Numbered from the stretch's first letter, positions 31,058 through 40,519 are shown. The stretch is 64,000 nucleotides of DNA from an uncultured Alphaproteobacteria bacterium (GCA_963775115.1 CAVZHP010000005.1:127817-191816); one strand, 5' to 3'. The notes: generated by a model not told the origin, from the sequence alone. Program-made: numbers and translations.

Positions 31058-32049
31058 AGGCGCTGCGCTCCCACGCATCCGGCGGGCCCGAAACTCTGAC
31101 GCTCGACGAATTGCCCGATCCTGTCCCCGGCGCGAACGAAGTGCTGGTCGCGGTCAAGGCCTGCGGGATCAACTTCCCCGACACCCTGATCGTCGCCGAC
31201 CTCTACCAATACAAGCCCGAGCGGCCATTCTCGCCCGGTGCGGAAATTGCAGGTGTGGTGGAAGCGGTGGGTTCAAGCGTCACCCGCTGGAAAGCAGGCG
31301 ACCGGGTCTCGGCGGTGTTGATGTGGGGCGGCCTGACCGAGAAAATGGTGCTGGGCGAAGACAAGCTGTTCGCCCTGCCTGAAGGCGTCGATTTCGAACA
31401 CGGCGCAGCGATGCTGCTGACCTATGCAACCACGCTCTATGCACTGCGCAATCGCGCCCAGCTGCAGGCCGGAGACACCTTGCTGGTGCTCGGCGCGGCG
31501 GGAGGCACCGGGCTATCGGCAGTCGAACTGGGCAAGGCGCTCGGCGCGAGAGTGGTCGCCGCCGTGTCGAGCGAGGAAAAGGCGGCGATCGCGCGCAAGG
31601 CGGGTGCCGATGAAACCGTCATCTACAGCCGCCCACCGTTCGACCGCGAGCAATCGCGCGCATTGGCGGGGCAGTTCAAGGCGGCCTGCGGGGCAAACGG
31701 CGCGCAGGTGATCTACGATCCGGTCGGCGGGGCCTATGCCGAGCCGGCGCTCCGCACGATCGGCTGGGAGGGCCGCTATCTGGTGATCGGCTTCACCGCC
31801 GGCATTCCCTCGCTCCCGCTCAACCTGGCGCTGATCAAGAGTTGCGACATCCGCGGCGTGTTCTACGGCGCATTCACCGAACGCGATCCGGCGGCCAATT
31901 CGGCGCTGGTCGGCGAGCTTTACGCGATGATGGAGCAAGGCCAAATCAAGCCGCTGATCTCCGCCACCTTCCCGCTGGCACGCGGCGGCGAGGCGATCGC
32001 CATGCTTTCGGACCGCAAGGCACTCGGCAAAGTCGTCGTGCGCATGTAG
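31054..32049 (+). CDS. NADPH:quinone oxidoreductase family (MDR) protein
   Basis: [30 protein letters not shown]. Confidence 0.9.
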   Translation: MKALRSHASGGPETLTLDELPDPVPGANEVLVAVKACGINFPDTLIVADLYQYKPERPFSPGAEIAGVVEAVGSSVTRWKAGDRVSAVLMWGGLTEKMVLGEDKLFALPEGVDFEHGAAMLLTYATTLYALRNRAQLQAGDTLLVLGAAGGTGLSAVELGKALGARVVAAVSSEEKAAIARKAGADETVIYSRPPFDREQSRALAGQFKAACGANGAQVIYDPVGGAYAEPALRTIGWEGRYLVIGFTAGIPSLPLNLALIKSCDIRGVFYGAFTERDPAANSALVGELYAMMEQGQIKPLISATFPLARGGEAIAMLSDRKALGKVVVRM

Positions 32050-32120
32050 AATGGCGATGAGGGATTGAATGCACCAACGCCCCGCCCTATCGCGAGTCCA
32101 GTGATTACGAGGTTCCAGAC

Positions 32121-32444
32121 ATGACCGATTTCAAAGACCGCGAGCGTGGCGAAGAAGCCCATTTTGCCCACGACCAGGACATGATGTTCCGCATCACCGC
32201 CCGCCGCAACCGCTTGCTGGGCGCCTGGGCGGCCGAACGCATGGGGCTCTCGGCGGCCGAGACCGAAGCCTATGCCAAGGCCGTGGTCCAGGCCGATTTC
32301 GAGGAAGCGGGCGACGAGGACGTCATCCGCAAGCTGATCGGCGATCTGACCTCCGCCGGGATCGAAACCGACGAGGGCGAGGTGCGCGCCGCGCTCGAAG
32401 CGAAAATGATCGAAGCCAAGCGCATGATTATGGGTAAGTCCTGA
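32121..32444 (+). CDS. DUF1476 / alphaproteobacterial ATP synthase inhibitor zeta subunit family
   Basis: FKDRERGEE..FAHD....F...ARRNRLLG.WAA. Confidence 0.85.
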   Translation: MTDFKDRERGEEAHFAHDQDMMFRITARRNRLLGAWAAERMGLSAAETEAYAKAVVQADFEEAGDEDVIRKLIGDLTSAGIETDEGEVRAALEAKMIEAKRMIMGKS

Positions 32445-32445
32445 C

Positions 32446-32679
32446 ATGCCGATGGCGGCGAGCGATATCGAAGCTTTGATTCAGGCTGCTCTGCCCGACG
32501 CCGAGGTGACGATCACCGATCTCGCCGGCGACGGCGATCACTATGCCGCGCATGTCGTCTCCGCCCTGTTCAAGGGCAAGATGCGCGTCGCCCAGCACAA
32601 GCTGGTCTACGAAGCGCTGGGCGGGCGCATGGGCGGCGAGCTGCATGCCTTGCAACTGACTACCGCTGTCCCCAATTGA
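32446..32679 (+). CDS. bolA: BolA family protein
   Basis: GDGDHY...VVS..F.G..RV.QH..VY, LHAL.L.T. Confidence 0.9.
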   Translation: MPMAASDIEALIQAALPDAEVTITDLAGDGDHYAAHVVSALFKGKMRVAQHKLVYEALGGRMGGELHALQLTTAVPN

Positions 32680-32707
32680 GCGGTAACCACTCGAGGATTT
32701 CGAAGCT

Positions 32708-33037
32708 ATGACCGACGCCCACAGCCGCATTGCCGGTATCGTCAATTCAAACGATGTAGTGCTGTTTATGAAAGGCACGCCGCTGTTTCCGCAGTGCGGC
32801 TTTTCCAGCAAGGCGATCGCCATCCTCGACCACCTCGGCGTCGGCTATGAAAGCGTCGATGTGCTGCAGGACATGGATGTCCGCCAGGGCATCAAGAGCT
32901 TCTCGGACTGGCCGACTATCCCGCAGCTGTATGTAAAGGGCGAATTTGTTGGCGGCAGCGACATCATGATGGAGATGTTCGAGGCGGGTGAGCTGCACCA
33001 GTTGATGGCCGACGCGGGAGTCGCTGCGGCGAGCTGA
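32708..33037 (+). CDS. grxD: Monothiol glutaredoxin Grx4
   Basis: [28 protein letters not shown]. Confidence 0.95.
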   Translation: MTDAHSRIAGIVNSNDVVLFMKGTPLFPQCGFSSKAIAILDHLGVGYESVDVLQDMDVRQGIKSFSDWPTIPQLYVKGEFVGGSDIMMEMFEAGELHQLMADAGVAAAS

Positions 33038-33409
33038 ACTGTCCCAAAACGGGGAATTCACGCATTCCGTTAGCTAACGAGTGGCGGTCTAACTGTGCTG
33101 GCGCGGGCTACCGGCCCGGCCTGGATTTCATAATTGCACGCGGACTGCCAGCCGAAAATTAGCGCGTATGGCCGGGTATCCCGCCAGCGCGCGAGGCCCT
33201 GTGCATCTGCTTGACGTGCAAACCGAAACTGCCCTGCGGGACTTATCCCCTTGGAAATTTGGGGCCGCATGACAATTCTCAATTACACTCCGCCCCCCTC
33301 CAAATACCCTTCGAATCGTTCGCAGTCGTGCGGACAGATGCGGCGATCTCGTGCCCTGCCGTGGGGTGTGGCTGTGCTTTCGCCATCGAATTAGCAACAG
33401 GAGTTAGAC

Positions 33410-34552
33410 ATGAAACTCAAGGCCATTCTCACCGCTACGGTATGCGCCGCTGGACTGACAGTCTCGGCTGCCGCGTTCGCCCAAGGGTCGAACGGAAACG
33501 ACAAGAACGACGACAACGAGGGCACCGTCATCGGCAGCCAGGGCACCAACAACATTGACGACGGCAATCAGTCCACCTCCGGCGCCATCAGCACCATCGA
33601 CGACGGCAACCTGACCGGCACCGGCGACATTGCCACCAGTGACGACGATATCAAGAACGACGACGGCAACCAGACCGGCACCGGCGACATCGCCACCAGT
33701 GACGACGACATCAAGAACGACGACGGCAACCAGACCGGCACAGGCGACATCGCCACCGCCTCTTACAAAAACGATGACGGCAATCAGGCCGGCGGCGACA
33801 TCGCCACCACTGACGACGATACCACCATCAAGAATGACGATGGCAACCAGGCCGCTGGCGACCTCGCGGTCAACGACGACGGCAATCAGGCCGGAGACGA
33901 CGTCACCACCATCAAGAATGACGACGGCAATGCGGCCGGCGACGACGTCAACACCTACAAGAACGACGACGGCAACCAGGCTGCCGGCAACATCAGCACC
34001 GCCAAGAACGGCGACGGCAACCAGGCTGGCGGCGACATCAGCACCGCCTCTTACAAGAACGACGACGGCAACCAGGCTGGCAACGACATCACCACCAGTG
34101 ACGACGACATCAAGAACGATGACGGCAATCTCGCCACTGGCGGCAGCATCACCACCAGTGACGACGACATCAAGAACGATGACGGCAATCTCGCCACCGG
34201 CGGCAGCATCACCACCACCGAGAACAAGAACGGCAGCGGCAACCTCGCCACTGGCGGCAGCATCACGGACGACGATGTTATTGCCACGCAGACTCTCAAG
34301 GCAGTGATCACCAACGGTGCCGCAGTCGGGACCTTCGCAGGCTTGGGTGCCTATAACAGCGGTAGCAACTCGGTCGAAGGCAATGCCTTCTCCGCCTATG
34401 CCGGCATCCTGACGCAGGCCTGGAACACCGGCATCAATGCCAATGTCCAGGCTGGCACCAACATCGCCGCGACCGGTGCGGTCAACTTCAACGGCGTCAA
34501 CAATCCGGCGCCTGCTGCGCCTGCTGCGCCTGCTGCGCCTGCCGCTCAGTAA
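33410..34552 (+). CDS. Secreted acidic DDGN-repeat protein with a C-terminal Fap-type repeat; putative amyloid/fibre major subunit
   Basis: Signal peptide; 12 exact DDGN plus 2 variant repeats; C-terminal GNAFSAYAGILTQAWNTGINANVQAGTNIAA. Confidence 0.7.
   Translation: MKLKAILTATVCAAGLTVSAAAFAQGSNGNDKNDDNEGTVIGSQGTNNIDDGNQSTSGAISTIDDGNLTGTGDIATSDDDIKNDDGNQTGTGDIATSDDDIKNDDGNQTGTGDIATASYKNDDGNQAGGDIATTDDDTTIKNDDGNQAAGDLAVNDDGNQAGDDVTTIKNDDGNAAGDDVNTYKNDDGNQAAGNISTAKNGDGNQAGGDISTASYKNDDGNQAGNDITTSDDDIKNDDGNLATGGSITTSDDDIKNDDGNLATGGSITTTENKNGSGNLATGGSITDDDVIATQTLKAVITNGAAVGTFAGLGAYNSGSNSVEGNAFSAYAGILTQAWNTGINANVQAGTNIAATGAVNFNGVNNPAPAAPAAPAAPAAQ
33617..34260 (+). repeat. Intragenic tandem repeats, including near-identical 60-bp units
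   Basis: GGCACCGGCGACAT..CCACCAGTGACGACGA.ATCAAGAACGACGACGGCAACCAGACC repeated; ACCACCAGTGACGACGACATCAAGAACGATGACGGCAATCTCGCCAC.GGCGGCAGCATC repeated. Confidence 0.9.
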
Positions 34553-34571
34553 TCCGCAGCGGCAAATGCCA

Positions 34572-34606
34572 TTGCTCCGGACCGGAACCGCTCCGGTCCG
34601 GAGCAA
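34572..34606 (+). terminator. Perfect 15-bp stem-loop after the repeat-protein gene (attenuator or mRNA stabiliser)
   Basis: TTGCTCCGGACCGGA-ACCGC-TCCGGTCCGGAGCAA; no strong U-tract. Confidence 0.7.
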
Positions 34607-34652
34607 CCTTTCCCAAGATTTCCTCATCAATAGCGGTCCCGGAGCGGGTAAC

Positions 34653-35090
34653 ATGTCTGCTTTCAACACTTCCCTGTCGATAGTCCTGGCGTGTGGCTGC
34701 ATGACCATTGCGGACTTGGCCATGGCCGTTGAACTGACGCCTCCCGAGGTGCCAGTCACCGAAGCGCCCGCCGAAGTGTCGGCCTCACCGGCAGCCTCGC
34801 AAGATCCGGCGCCAAAGCTCGAACCTGCGCTCGATTCTCCTGATGGAGCAGTGGTTCCGGATACGGAGCTTGTTCTGAACAGGGGCCGCGAAAAGCTTGT
34901 CGTGGCCAACCAGAGCATGACGGCAGTCACCGCCGGCAACGAACTCACCGGCGGCTACACCGCCGGGAATGTCGAAATTTCCGATAACGCGCTCGCGAAC
35001 TTCACCGGGTTCGGCAACATTCTCATCAATACCGGCGCGCAGGTGAGCTTGCAGTCCGGGATGAATGTGACGCTGAATCTCGGCGAATAA
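34653..35090 (+). CDS. Secreted FapB-like minor subunit / nucleator candidate
   Basis: Signal-like N-terminus; C-terminal GNVEISDNALANFTGFGNILINTGAQVSLQ resembles the Fap repeat. Confidence 0.6.
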   Translation: MSAFNTSLSIVLACGCMTIADLAMAVELTPPEVPVTEAPAEVSASPAASQDPAPKLEPALDSPDGAVVPDTELVLNRGREKLVVANQSMTAVTAGNELTGGYTAGNVEISDNALANFTGFGNILINTGAQVSLQSGMNVTLNLGE

Positions 35091-35099
35091 GATCGCACA

Positions 35100-35873
35100 A
35101 TGGCTTCCACACCCCGCCCGATCCAGCACCGCATGCCGCGAATTGCAGCAATTCTCGCAGGTGCTCTCGGCACCTTGGCGGCCCTTACCGCTCCGGCATC
35201 CGCCGAAGTTCGCATCGGCGGCGATCCGGGCGGTTATTACAGCGTGCCGGTGATGACTTGGTGGGACATTCCCTTCCGCAGCATCGTTCGCCAGCGTTAC
35301 GATTTCAGCTGCGGATCGGCGGCGGTCGCCACCCTATTGACCTTCCACTACGGCCAACGCACCGCCGAGAGCAATGCCTTCACGGCAATGTGGGAAAAGG
35401 GCGAACAGGCGACAATCCAGCAATTCGGCTTTTCCATGTTCGACATGAAGACCTACCTGAATGACATCGGCTATCGTGCAGAAGGTTTCAGGATGTCGAT
35501 CGCCCAGCTGCGCCAGTCGAAGCGGCCGGTAATCGCCATGATCGAGGTGCGCGGTTACAAGCATTTCGTGGTGGTGAAAGGCGTGCGCGACGACAAAGTC
35601 CTGACCGGCGATCCGGCACTCGGCCTCAAGGAATATGACATCGCGGATTTTGCCAAGGCGTGGAACGGCATTGGGCTGGCCATCCTCGACAGCCCTGGCA
35701 AGGTTGAGCCGCTATACAATCTCGCCAGTGACTGGGGCCCATGGTCGCGCGCACCGGTTGAGGAACAGAGCGGGCTTCAAGGTGCCGTTGGCGACCTCAC
35801 CACTTACCTGCCACCGGCCTATCAGATTACGCCGCAGCTCCTGCTCGATGTCCGGGTGGGGACGGTGAATTGA
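35100..35873 (+). CDS. C39 family peptidase, FapD-like
   Basis: RQRYDFSCGSAAVATLL, GFSMFDMK, YKHFVVVKG, DPALG; signal peptide; no ABC domain. Confidence 0.9.
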   Translation: MASTPRPIQHRMPRIAAILAGALGTLAALTAPASAEVRIGGDPGGYYSVPVMTWWDIPFRSIVRQRYDFSCGSAAVATLLTFHYGQRTAESNAFTAMWEKGEQATIQQFGFSMFDMKTYLNDIGYRAEGFRMSIAQLRQSKRPVIAMIEVRGYKHFVVVKGVRDDKVLTGDPALGLKEYDIADFAKAWNGIGLAILDSPGKVEPLYNLASDWGPWSRAPVEEQSGLQGAVGDLTTYLPPAYQITPQLLLDVRVGTVN

Positions 35874-35874
35874 C

Positions 35875-37242
35875 GTGGCGGCGCTGACATCATCGCTGGG
35901 ATTTGCCCTGGCGGCGGCGATTTCACCCAATTCCGCACTGTCCGAAGCCGATCGCCCGCCAAACGTCGAATCGACGGCAGCGATGGCCCGCCTTGAAGAC
36001 ATGCCTGAAGCCGAATTTGGCCAGGCTGCCTCCTCAGATGCGCCGGTGTCGCTGTTGGCGGATGCCGGCCTGCCCGATACACTTTACGCATCCGTCGATA
36101 CAGCGCCGAGCCTGGAGGGCGAACTCGCCGCACCAGTATCCCTGCTGGCGGATGCGGGGCTGCCCGAAGCGCTTTATGCCTCTGCGGATACAGAGGCTGA
36201 ACTGGCGCGCGAGGCTACCGCGCCAATATCGCTGCTTGCGGATGCCGGCCTGCCCGAAGCTCAGTATAGCTCCGCTGGCACAGAACCGGAGCTGGTGGTT
36301 GAAGCCACCGCGCCAATATCGCTGCTTGCGGATGCCGGCCTGCCCGAAGCTCAGTATAGCTCCGCTGGCACAGAACCGGAGCTGGTGGTTGAAGCCACCG
36401 CACCGGTCTCGCTGCTGGCGGATGCGGGGCTGCCCGAAGTGCAAATTGCCTCCACCGATAAATGGCGGGAGCAGGAGGACGAGACTGCCGCGTCGGCTTT
36501 GTCGCTGAGAGATTCCGGTCCGGTCGCATTCCGCGATGTTCGCGCGGAAGCGATACCGGTCCCGGCATTCGGCGCCGCTCCGCCGCCATTGCCCTGGAAC
36601 GACGACAGGTCGGACCGATCGCCGGTTGCCATTCCGCAAGTCGCCTTTGGTCGCAGGAACGAAACTCCGGCTCCCGAGCGTTCCGAGCCGGAAGCAAAGG
36701 CATCGGGCCCAGCCAGGCCAAAGGAATTGGCAGCATTCGTGCAGGACGACGAACAGTTCGGAGAACTCGTCGCGGTCGGAGACGAGGAACTGTCGGGCCA
36801 ACGCGGCGGTTTTGCTCTGGCGGGGATGAACATAAATTTCGGCGCTGAGCTGCGCAGCTATATCGACGGCGAAATGGTGCTGATGACGCGGCTCAGCTGG
36901 ATGGATGATTCGGTTACCAAGACCCAGCTGGTCTCGCCCGGTCTGACTCCGGCCATGGCATTGAACGGTGTGGTGTCGAGCGGCCAGATTCGCCTGCCCG
37001 CCGGGAATCTCGACACATTTCAGGCCAACAATGGCGGCACAGTGATCGCGCATGGAGTCGAACAGGGGCTGCGCAGCGTAATCATCAACACAGCTAACGG
37101 AGTACAACTGGCAACCGAAGCCGACGTCTCGCTGGACGTGGCGGGCTATTCCGCCTTCCGCGAACAGGTTATGCAGATGCGTATCAACGACGTCCTGGGC
37201 ACTGCGGTATCGAATGCGACGCGCGACGCACTTGGGACCTGA
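35875..37242 (+). CDS. FapE-like protein with five 30-aa N-terminal repeats
   Basis: VGDEELSGQRGGF motif; AP(V/I)SLLADAGLP repeats. Confidence 0.6.
   Translation: MAALTSSLGFALAAAISPNSALSEADRPPNVESTAAMARLEDMPEAEFGQAASSDAPVSLLADAGLPDTLYASVDTAPSLEGELAAPVSLLADAGLPEALYASADTEAELAREATAPISLLADAGLPEAQYSSAGTEPELVVEATAPISLLADAGLPEAQYSSAGTEPELVVEATAPVSLLADAGLPEVQIASTDKWREQEDETAASALSLRDSGPVAFRDVRAEAIPVPAFGAAPPPLPWNDDRSDRSPVAIPQVAFGRRNETPAPERSEPEAKASGPARPKELAAFVQDDEQFGELVAVGDEELSGQRGGFALAGMNINFGAELRSYIDGEMVLMTRLSWMDDSVTKTQLVSPGLTPAMALNGVVSSGQIRLPAGNLDTFQANNGGTVIAHGVEQGLRSVIINTANGVQLATEADVSLDVAGYSAFREQVMQMRINDVLGTAVSNATRDALGT
36217..36401 (+). repeat. Perfect 90-bp tandem duplication within the FapE-like gene
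   Basis: 36217-36306 is identical to 36307-36396. Confidence 0.9.
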
Positions 37243-37659
37243 AGTTCCGGTTAGCTAATTTTTCTGGACACAAGTCTCTGTATTTGCGCCAAAAATCCTG
37301 CTTCACCCGAGGTTTCGGATCAGTCCGGGACGCCTATCGAACGATAATCTTGTTGCAATCCTTAGTTGGATGGCATTGGATGGCACCGGTCGTCAATAAA
37401 GCGATTCGTCTGAGCAGCCCATGATTCCGGCCTGCCTGCGAATCCGAATTAACTTACAAGTTCAGAGCGAGTGGCTCAGTGGATTCACAACATCCGCTAA
37501 GCTATTGCTTGTGTTTGAGATTTTTATTACCACAAGCAGCGCTCAAAAGTTACTTCAAGACATCCAACATAAGGGTGCAGGTCGTCTATAATACTTTGTG
37601 GTTCGCAATTATTATTACAATGTGATGCCATTTTTAAGACAACCAGGGGTGAAGTGACA

Positions 37660-38382
37660 ATGTCGATGGTGTTCCCACATGAGCAGATCGTAAGAGGCTC
37701 GGGCGGATCGATGGTGCAGCTTGAGAAGGGCGCCTTGCTCTACGATCAGGACACTCCGGCCAATTGCTGGTACGAAATCGTGTCCGGCATCGTCAGGACC
37801 TGCCGCATACTAAGAGATGGACGACGTCAGGTCACCGGCTTCCATTTTCCTGGCGATGTCTTCGGATTCGATGGTCCCAACCACAAGACTTCGGCCGAAG
37901 CCGTCACCGATGGCGCCACGGTCCTCGACTATTCAGGCGGCGGAACGGCCGCGCAGCCTGCAATACGTGAAAGCGCCATTGTCGGCCTGCAGCGCGCGCT
38001 GGATTGCGCGGAGGGCAGCATCAGGCTGCTGGGACATCGCTCGGCGCCCGAACGGCTGGCTGCATTTCTGCTCATGCTGCGGTCGAAACTGGAACTGGGT
38101 TCGCATTTCGTAATGCCTATGCCGCGTACCGATATCGCCGACTTCCTGGGTCTGACCGTAGAAACCGTAAGCCGTACCCTGACAGATTTCGCCCGCAAGC
38201 GACTGATCGTATTCGAAACGCCCCAACAGCTGCTTGTCGAGGATTGGGCCAGATTGCGCGATGTTGCCGGCGACGATGAGGATAGCCTGGTGACCGCATC
38301 GTGCTATTCCCGGCGGCTTGAGTTGCTGTCACCTGACGGGAACAGGGCCGGACAGAAGATTCAATTAGAGCTGCAAGGCTAA
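37660..38382 (+). CDS. Crp/Fnr (FixK-like) transcriptional regulator
   Basis: GRRQVTGFHFPGD.FG, ERLAAFLL, MPRTDIADFLGLTVETVSR HTH; no N-terminal Cys cluster. Confidence 0.9.
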   Translation: MSMVFPHEQIVRGSGGSMVQLEKGALLYDQDTPANCWYEIVSGIVRTCRILRDGRRQVTGFHFPGDVFGFDGPNHKTSAEAVTDGATVLDYSGGGTAAQPAIRESAIVGLQRALDCAEGSIRLLGHRSAPERLAAFLLMLRSKLELGSHFVMPMPRTDIADFLGLTVETVSRTLTDFARKRLIVFETPQQLLVEDWARLRDVAGDDEDSLVTASCYSRRLELLSPDGNRAGQKIQLELQG

Positions 38383-38400
38383 GCACCGGGAGGATAGGCC

Positions 38401-40491
38401 ATGGTCAGCACTCAGGATGGCGGCATCGCCGCCTTCATAGCTTGTGCCTCGGCAATCGCAGGGCAGGCAACGCCGAACGACGAGTTGATCCACAAATTCG
38501 GGCTCGACTCGCCGGTCCCGCCGTTCGCGGATTCGGACCTGACCGCAGCTCCTTATGTGCTGCCGGAAGTCGAGATCGGACAAGGCTATGCATCCGCCAT
38601 GCCGGTTCCGATGTTTGCCGCTGCCGGCACGAAAAATACGCACTATCTGCCATCTGCGGCCGGAACGGACCTGGCGCCAGATTTCGCGCCTTTAGCCAAG
38701 CCGCTGACGCACCAGAGTCAGGCGAAAGCCCAGGCTTCGCAACCGGAAATCGAACCCAGCCTGAACTACGCCCCTGCCATTCCGGCCCCGCAGTTTGCCG
38801 ATTCCGGGCTGCTGGATCCGCTGGACGCACTTGTAGCAGACGTGCCAAGCCCGCTTTACGCTCCGGTGACGCCGGTTTTGCCGGTCATGGCAACCGGAAC
38901 GCCAGGCCCGATGGCGGCACTGCCCGATGCTCCCGAGCGCCAGGATTATGCGCCAGGCAAGCCTGTCTCGCTGTTTGCCGATGCCGGCTTGTCCGATATG
39001 CTTTATGCCCCCGCCGAAGCCACGGCGGGTTCCGGTGCCGAACCGGTATCTCCTCTCATGCCGCATGCGTCCGGCAACCTGATCGATGTTCGCGAAGCCA
39101 TTCCGGCACCAGCGCAGGGCAGCAGCTTCAAACTGCCCCTCCCCGTCCCGGCCCAGGCAGACGTCGGCATGGCCGAGCCTTCGGAGGACCAGGCAGCGGC
39201 ATCGCCAGGTCAGACCATGCCGCGAACAGATCCCGGACAGCAGGCGATCCTGGACCGGCTGAACCGGCTTGAGGAGCAACTGCAATCGCAAAGAGTGCAG
39301 TTGTCCGAGCAGGCCGGGATCATTTCCAGTCAGCAGAAAGAAATCGAGGCGTTGCGCCAGCAGGGGGCAAACGATGCCGCGCTTGCTGTTCGCGCCCGGG
39401 GCACCGGCAATATGGTTCAGCCGCTTTTTGGCATGCAGGCTGCGACAGCGCCCGCAACCTCCGCAGCACCTGCAGCGCTTGCGCCGGTAACCGCTTCAGG
39501 CAGGCCCGCAATGCCCCCGCAACCTGTTGGCGAAGCGCCGGCGGAAGCCGAGCCCAGGGTTGAGCGAGTTGTTACCGCCGTGCCCGAAGGCCTGGGCGTG
39601 CTGACGCCAAAAGGCCGCTTTGTCTACGATCCTTCATTCGAATACTCGCGGTCCTCGACCAACCGGCTGGTATTCCGGGGCTTCGAGCTGATCCCGGGCA
39701 TTCAGATCGGCGTAATCGAAGCAACCGATGCGGATCGCGACACGCTCGCGCACACGTCCACGCTGCGCTACGGACTGACCAACAGGCTGGAAATCGAAGC
39801 CAGAGTGCCGGTGTTGTACCGGCATGACAGGATCGAGGTTGTGCAACAGCGCGATCAGGGCATTGTCCGTTCGATCGAACTGAGCGAAGGCAACATAGGC
39901 GATGCTGAATTTGCCATCCGCTATCAACTTAACCGGCCAAAGGGCGCGCAACAGCCGATTTTCGTCGGCAGTGTCAGAGTCAAGAGCGACACCGGAAAAG
40001 GGCCCTTCGATGTCGGCTACGATACATTCGGGGTGGCCACAGGTCTGGCGACCGGTTCCGGATTCTGGGCGGTGCAGCCCGGACTGAACTTCCTGCTGCC
40101 TAGCGATCCTGCGGTGATCTATGGATCCGCGTCCTATGTCTATCATATCCCGCGGAACGTGAACCGCATCATTGGCGGCGCTTTCGTTGGCAGGGTCGAT
40201 CCGGGCGATGCGGTCAGCGCCAGTCTCGGTTTCGGTTTTGCCCTCAACCCCCGCTTCTCATTTTCGCTCGGCTACGGACACACTTATATTTTCCCGAGCA
40301 AACAAGAGATCGGCGGAACCTTGCAGCGCTCGAAGTCGCTTCAGGTCGGCAGTTTCAACTTCGGAATGTCCTATCGGCTCAGTCAGAAGCAGACGATGAA
40401 TGCCTCGTTCGAACTCGGGGCGACGTCGGATGCGCCGGACATGAGTTTTACACTTCGCTTCCCGTTCTCGTTTGGCGGCGGCGGCCGCTAG
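38401..40491 (+). CDS. FapF-like outer-membrane beta-barrel secretion channel with a long Pro/Ala-rich N-extension and coiled coil
   Basis: VPVLYR, IGDAEFAIRY, VRVKSDTGKGPF, TGSGFWAVQPG, DPAVIYGS, FALN, G.TSDAPD..F.L.FP follow the FapF motif order as recalled; coiled coil LDRLNRLEEQLQSQ. Confidence 0.85.
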   Translation: MVSTQDGGIAAFIACASAIAGQATPNDELIHKFGLDSPVPPFADSDLTAAPYVLPEVEIGQGYASAMPVPMFAAAGTKNTHYLPSAAGTDLAPDFAPLAKPLTHQSQAKAQASQPEIEPSLNYAPAIPAPQFADSGLLDPLDALVADVPSPLYAPVTPVLPVMATGTPGPMAALPDAPERQDYAPGKPVSLFADAGLSDMLYAPAEATAGSGAEPVSPLMPHASGNLIDVREAIPAPAQGSSFKLPLPVPAQADVGMAEPSEDQAAASPGQTMPRTDPGQQAILDRLNRLEEQLQSQRVQLSEQAGIISSQQKEIEALRQQGANDAALAVRARGTGNMVQPLFGMQAATAPATSAAPAALAPVTASGRPAMPPQPVGEAPAEAEPRVERVVTAVPEGLGVLTPKGRFVYDPSFEYSRSSTNRLVFRGFELIPGIQIGVIEATDADRDTLAHTSTLRYGLTNRLEIEARVPVLYRHDRIEVVQQRDQGIVRSIELSEGNIGDAEFAIRYQLNRPKGAQQPIFVGSVRVKSDTGKGPFDVGYDTFGVATGLATGSGFWAVQPGLNFLLPSDPAVIYGSASYVYHIPRNVNRIIGGAFVGRVDPGDAVSASLGFGFALNPRFSFSLGYGHTYIFPSKQEIGGTLQRSKSLQVGSFNFGMSYRLSQKQTMNASFELGATSDAPDMSFTLRFPFSFGGGGR

Positions 40492-40519
40492 AACCTGGGC
40501 ATGCCGTCAAACATCACGA

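Noticed and set aside
33038-33409. grxD downstream gap as the far (left) att end of a large tRNA-Ser island
   Set aside because: No copy of the 18-bp core or the TTTGTAGCA arm motif is visible there, so the boundary is unsupported.
33404-34948. 514-aa Val-rich minus-strand ORF
   Set aside because: It is the reverse complement of the DDGN repeats (GAC read as GTC); the plus-strand ORF has the RBS and signal peptide.
33617-36401. 60-bp and 90-bp DNA repeats as a possible CRISPR or ncRNA array
   Set aside because: They are contiguous, multiples of 3, in-frame coding repeats with no unique spacers, and there are no cas genes.
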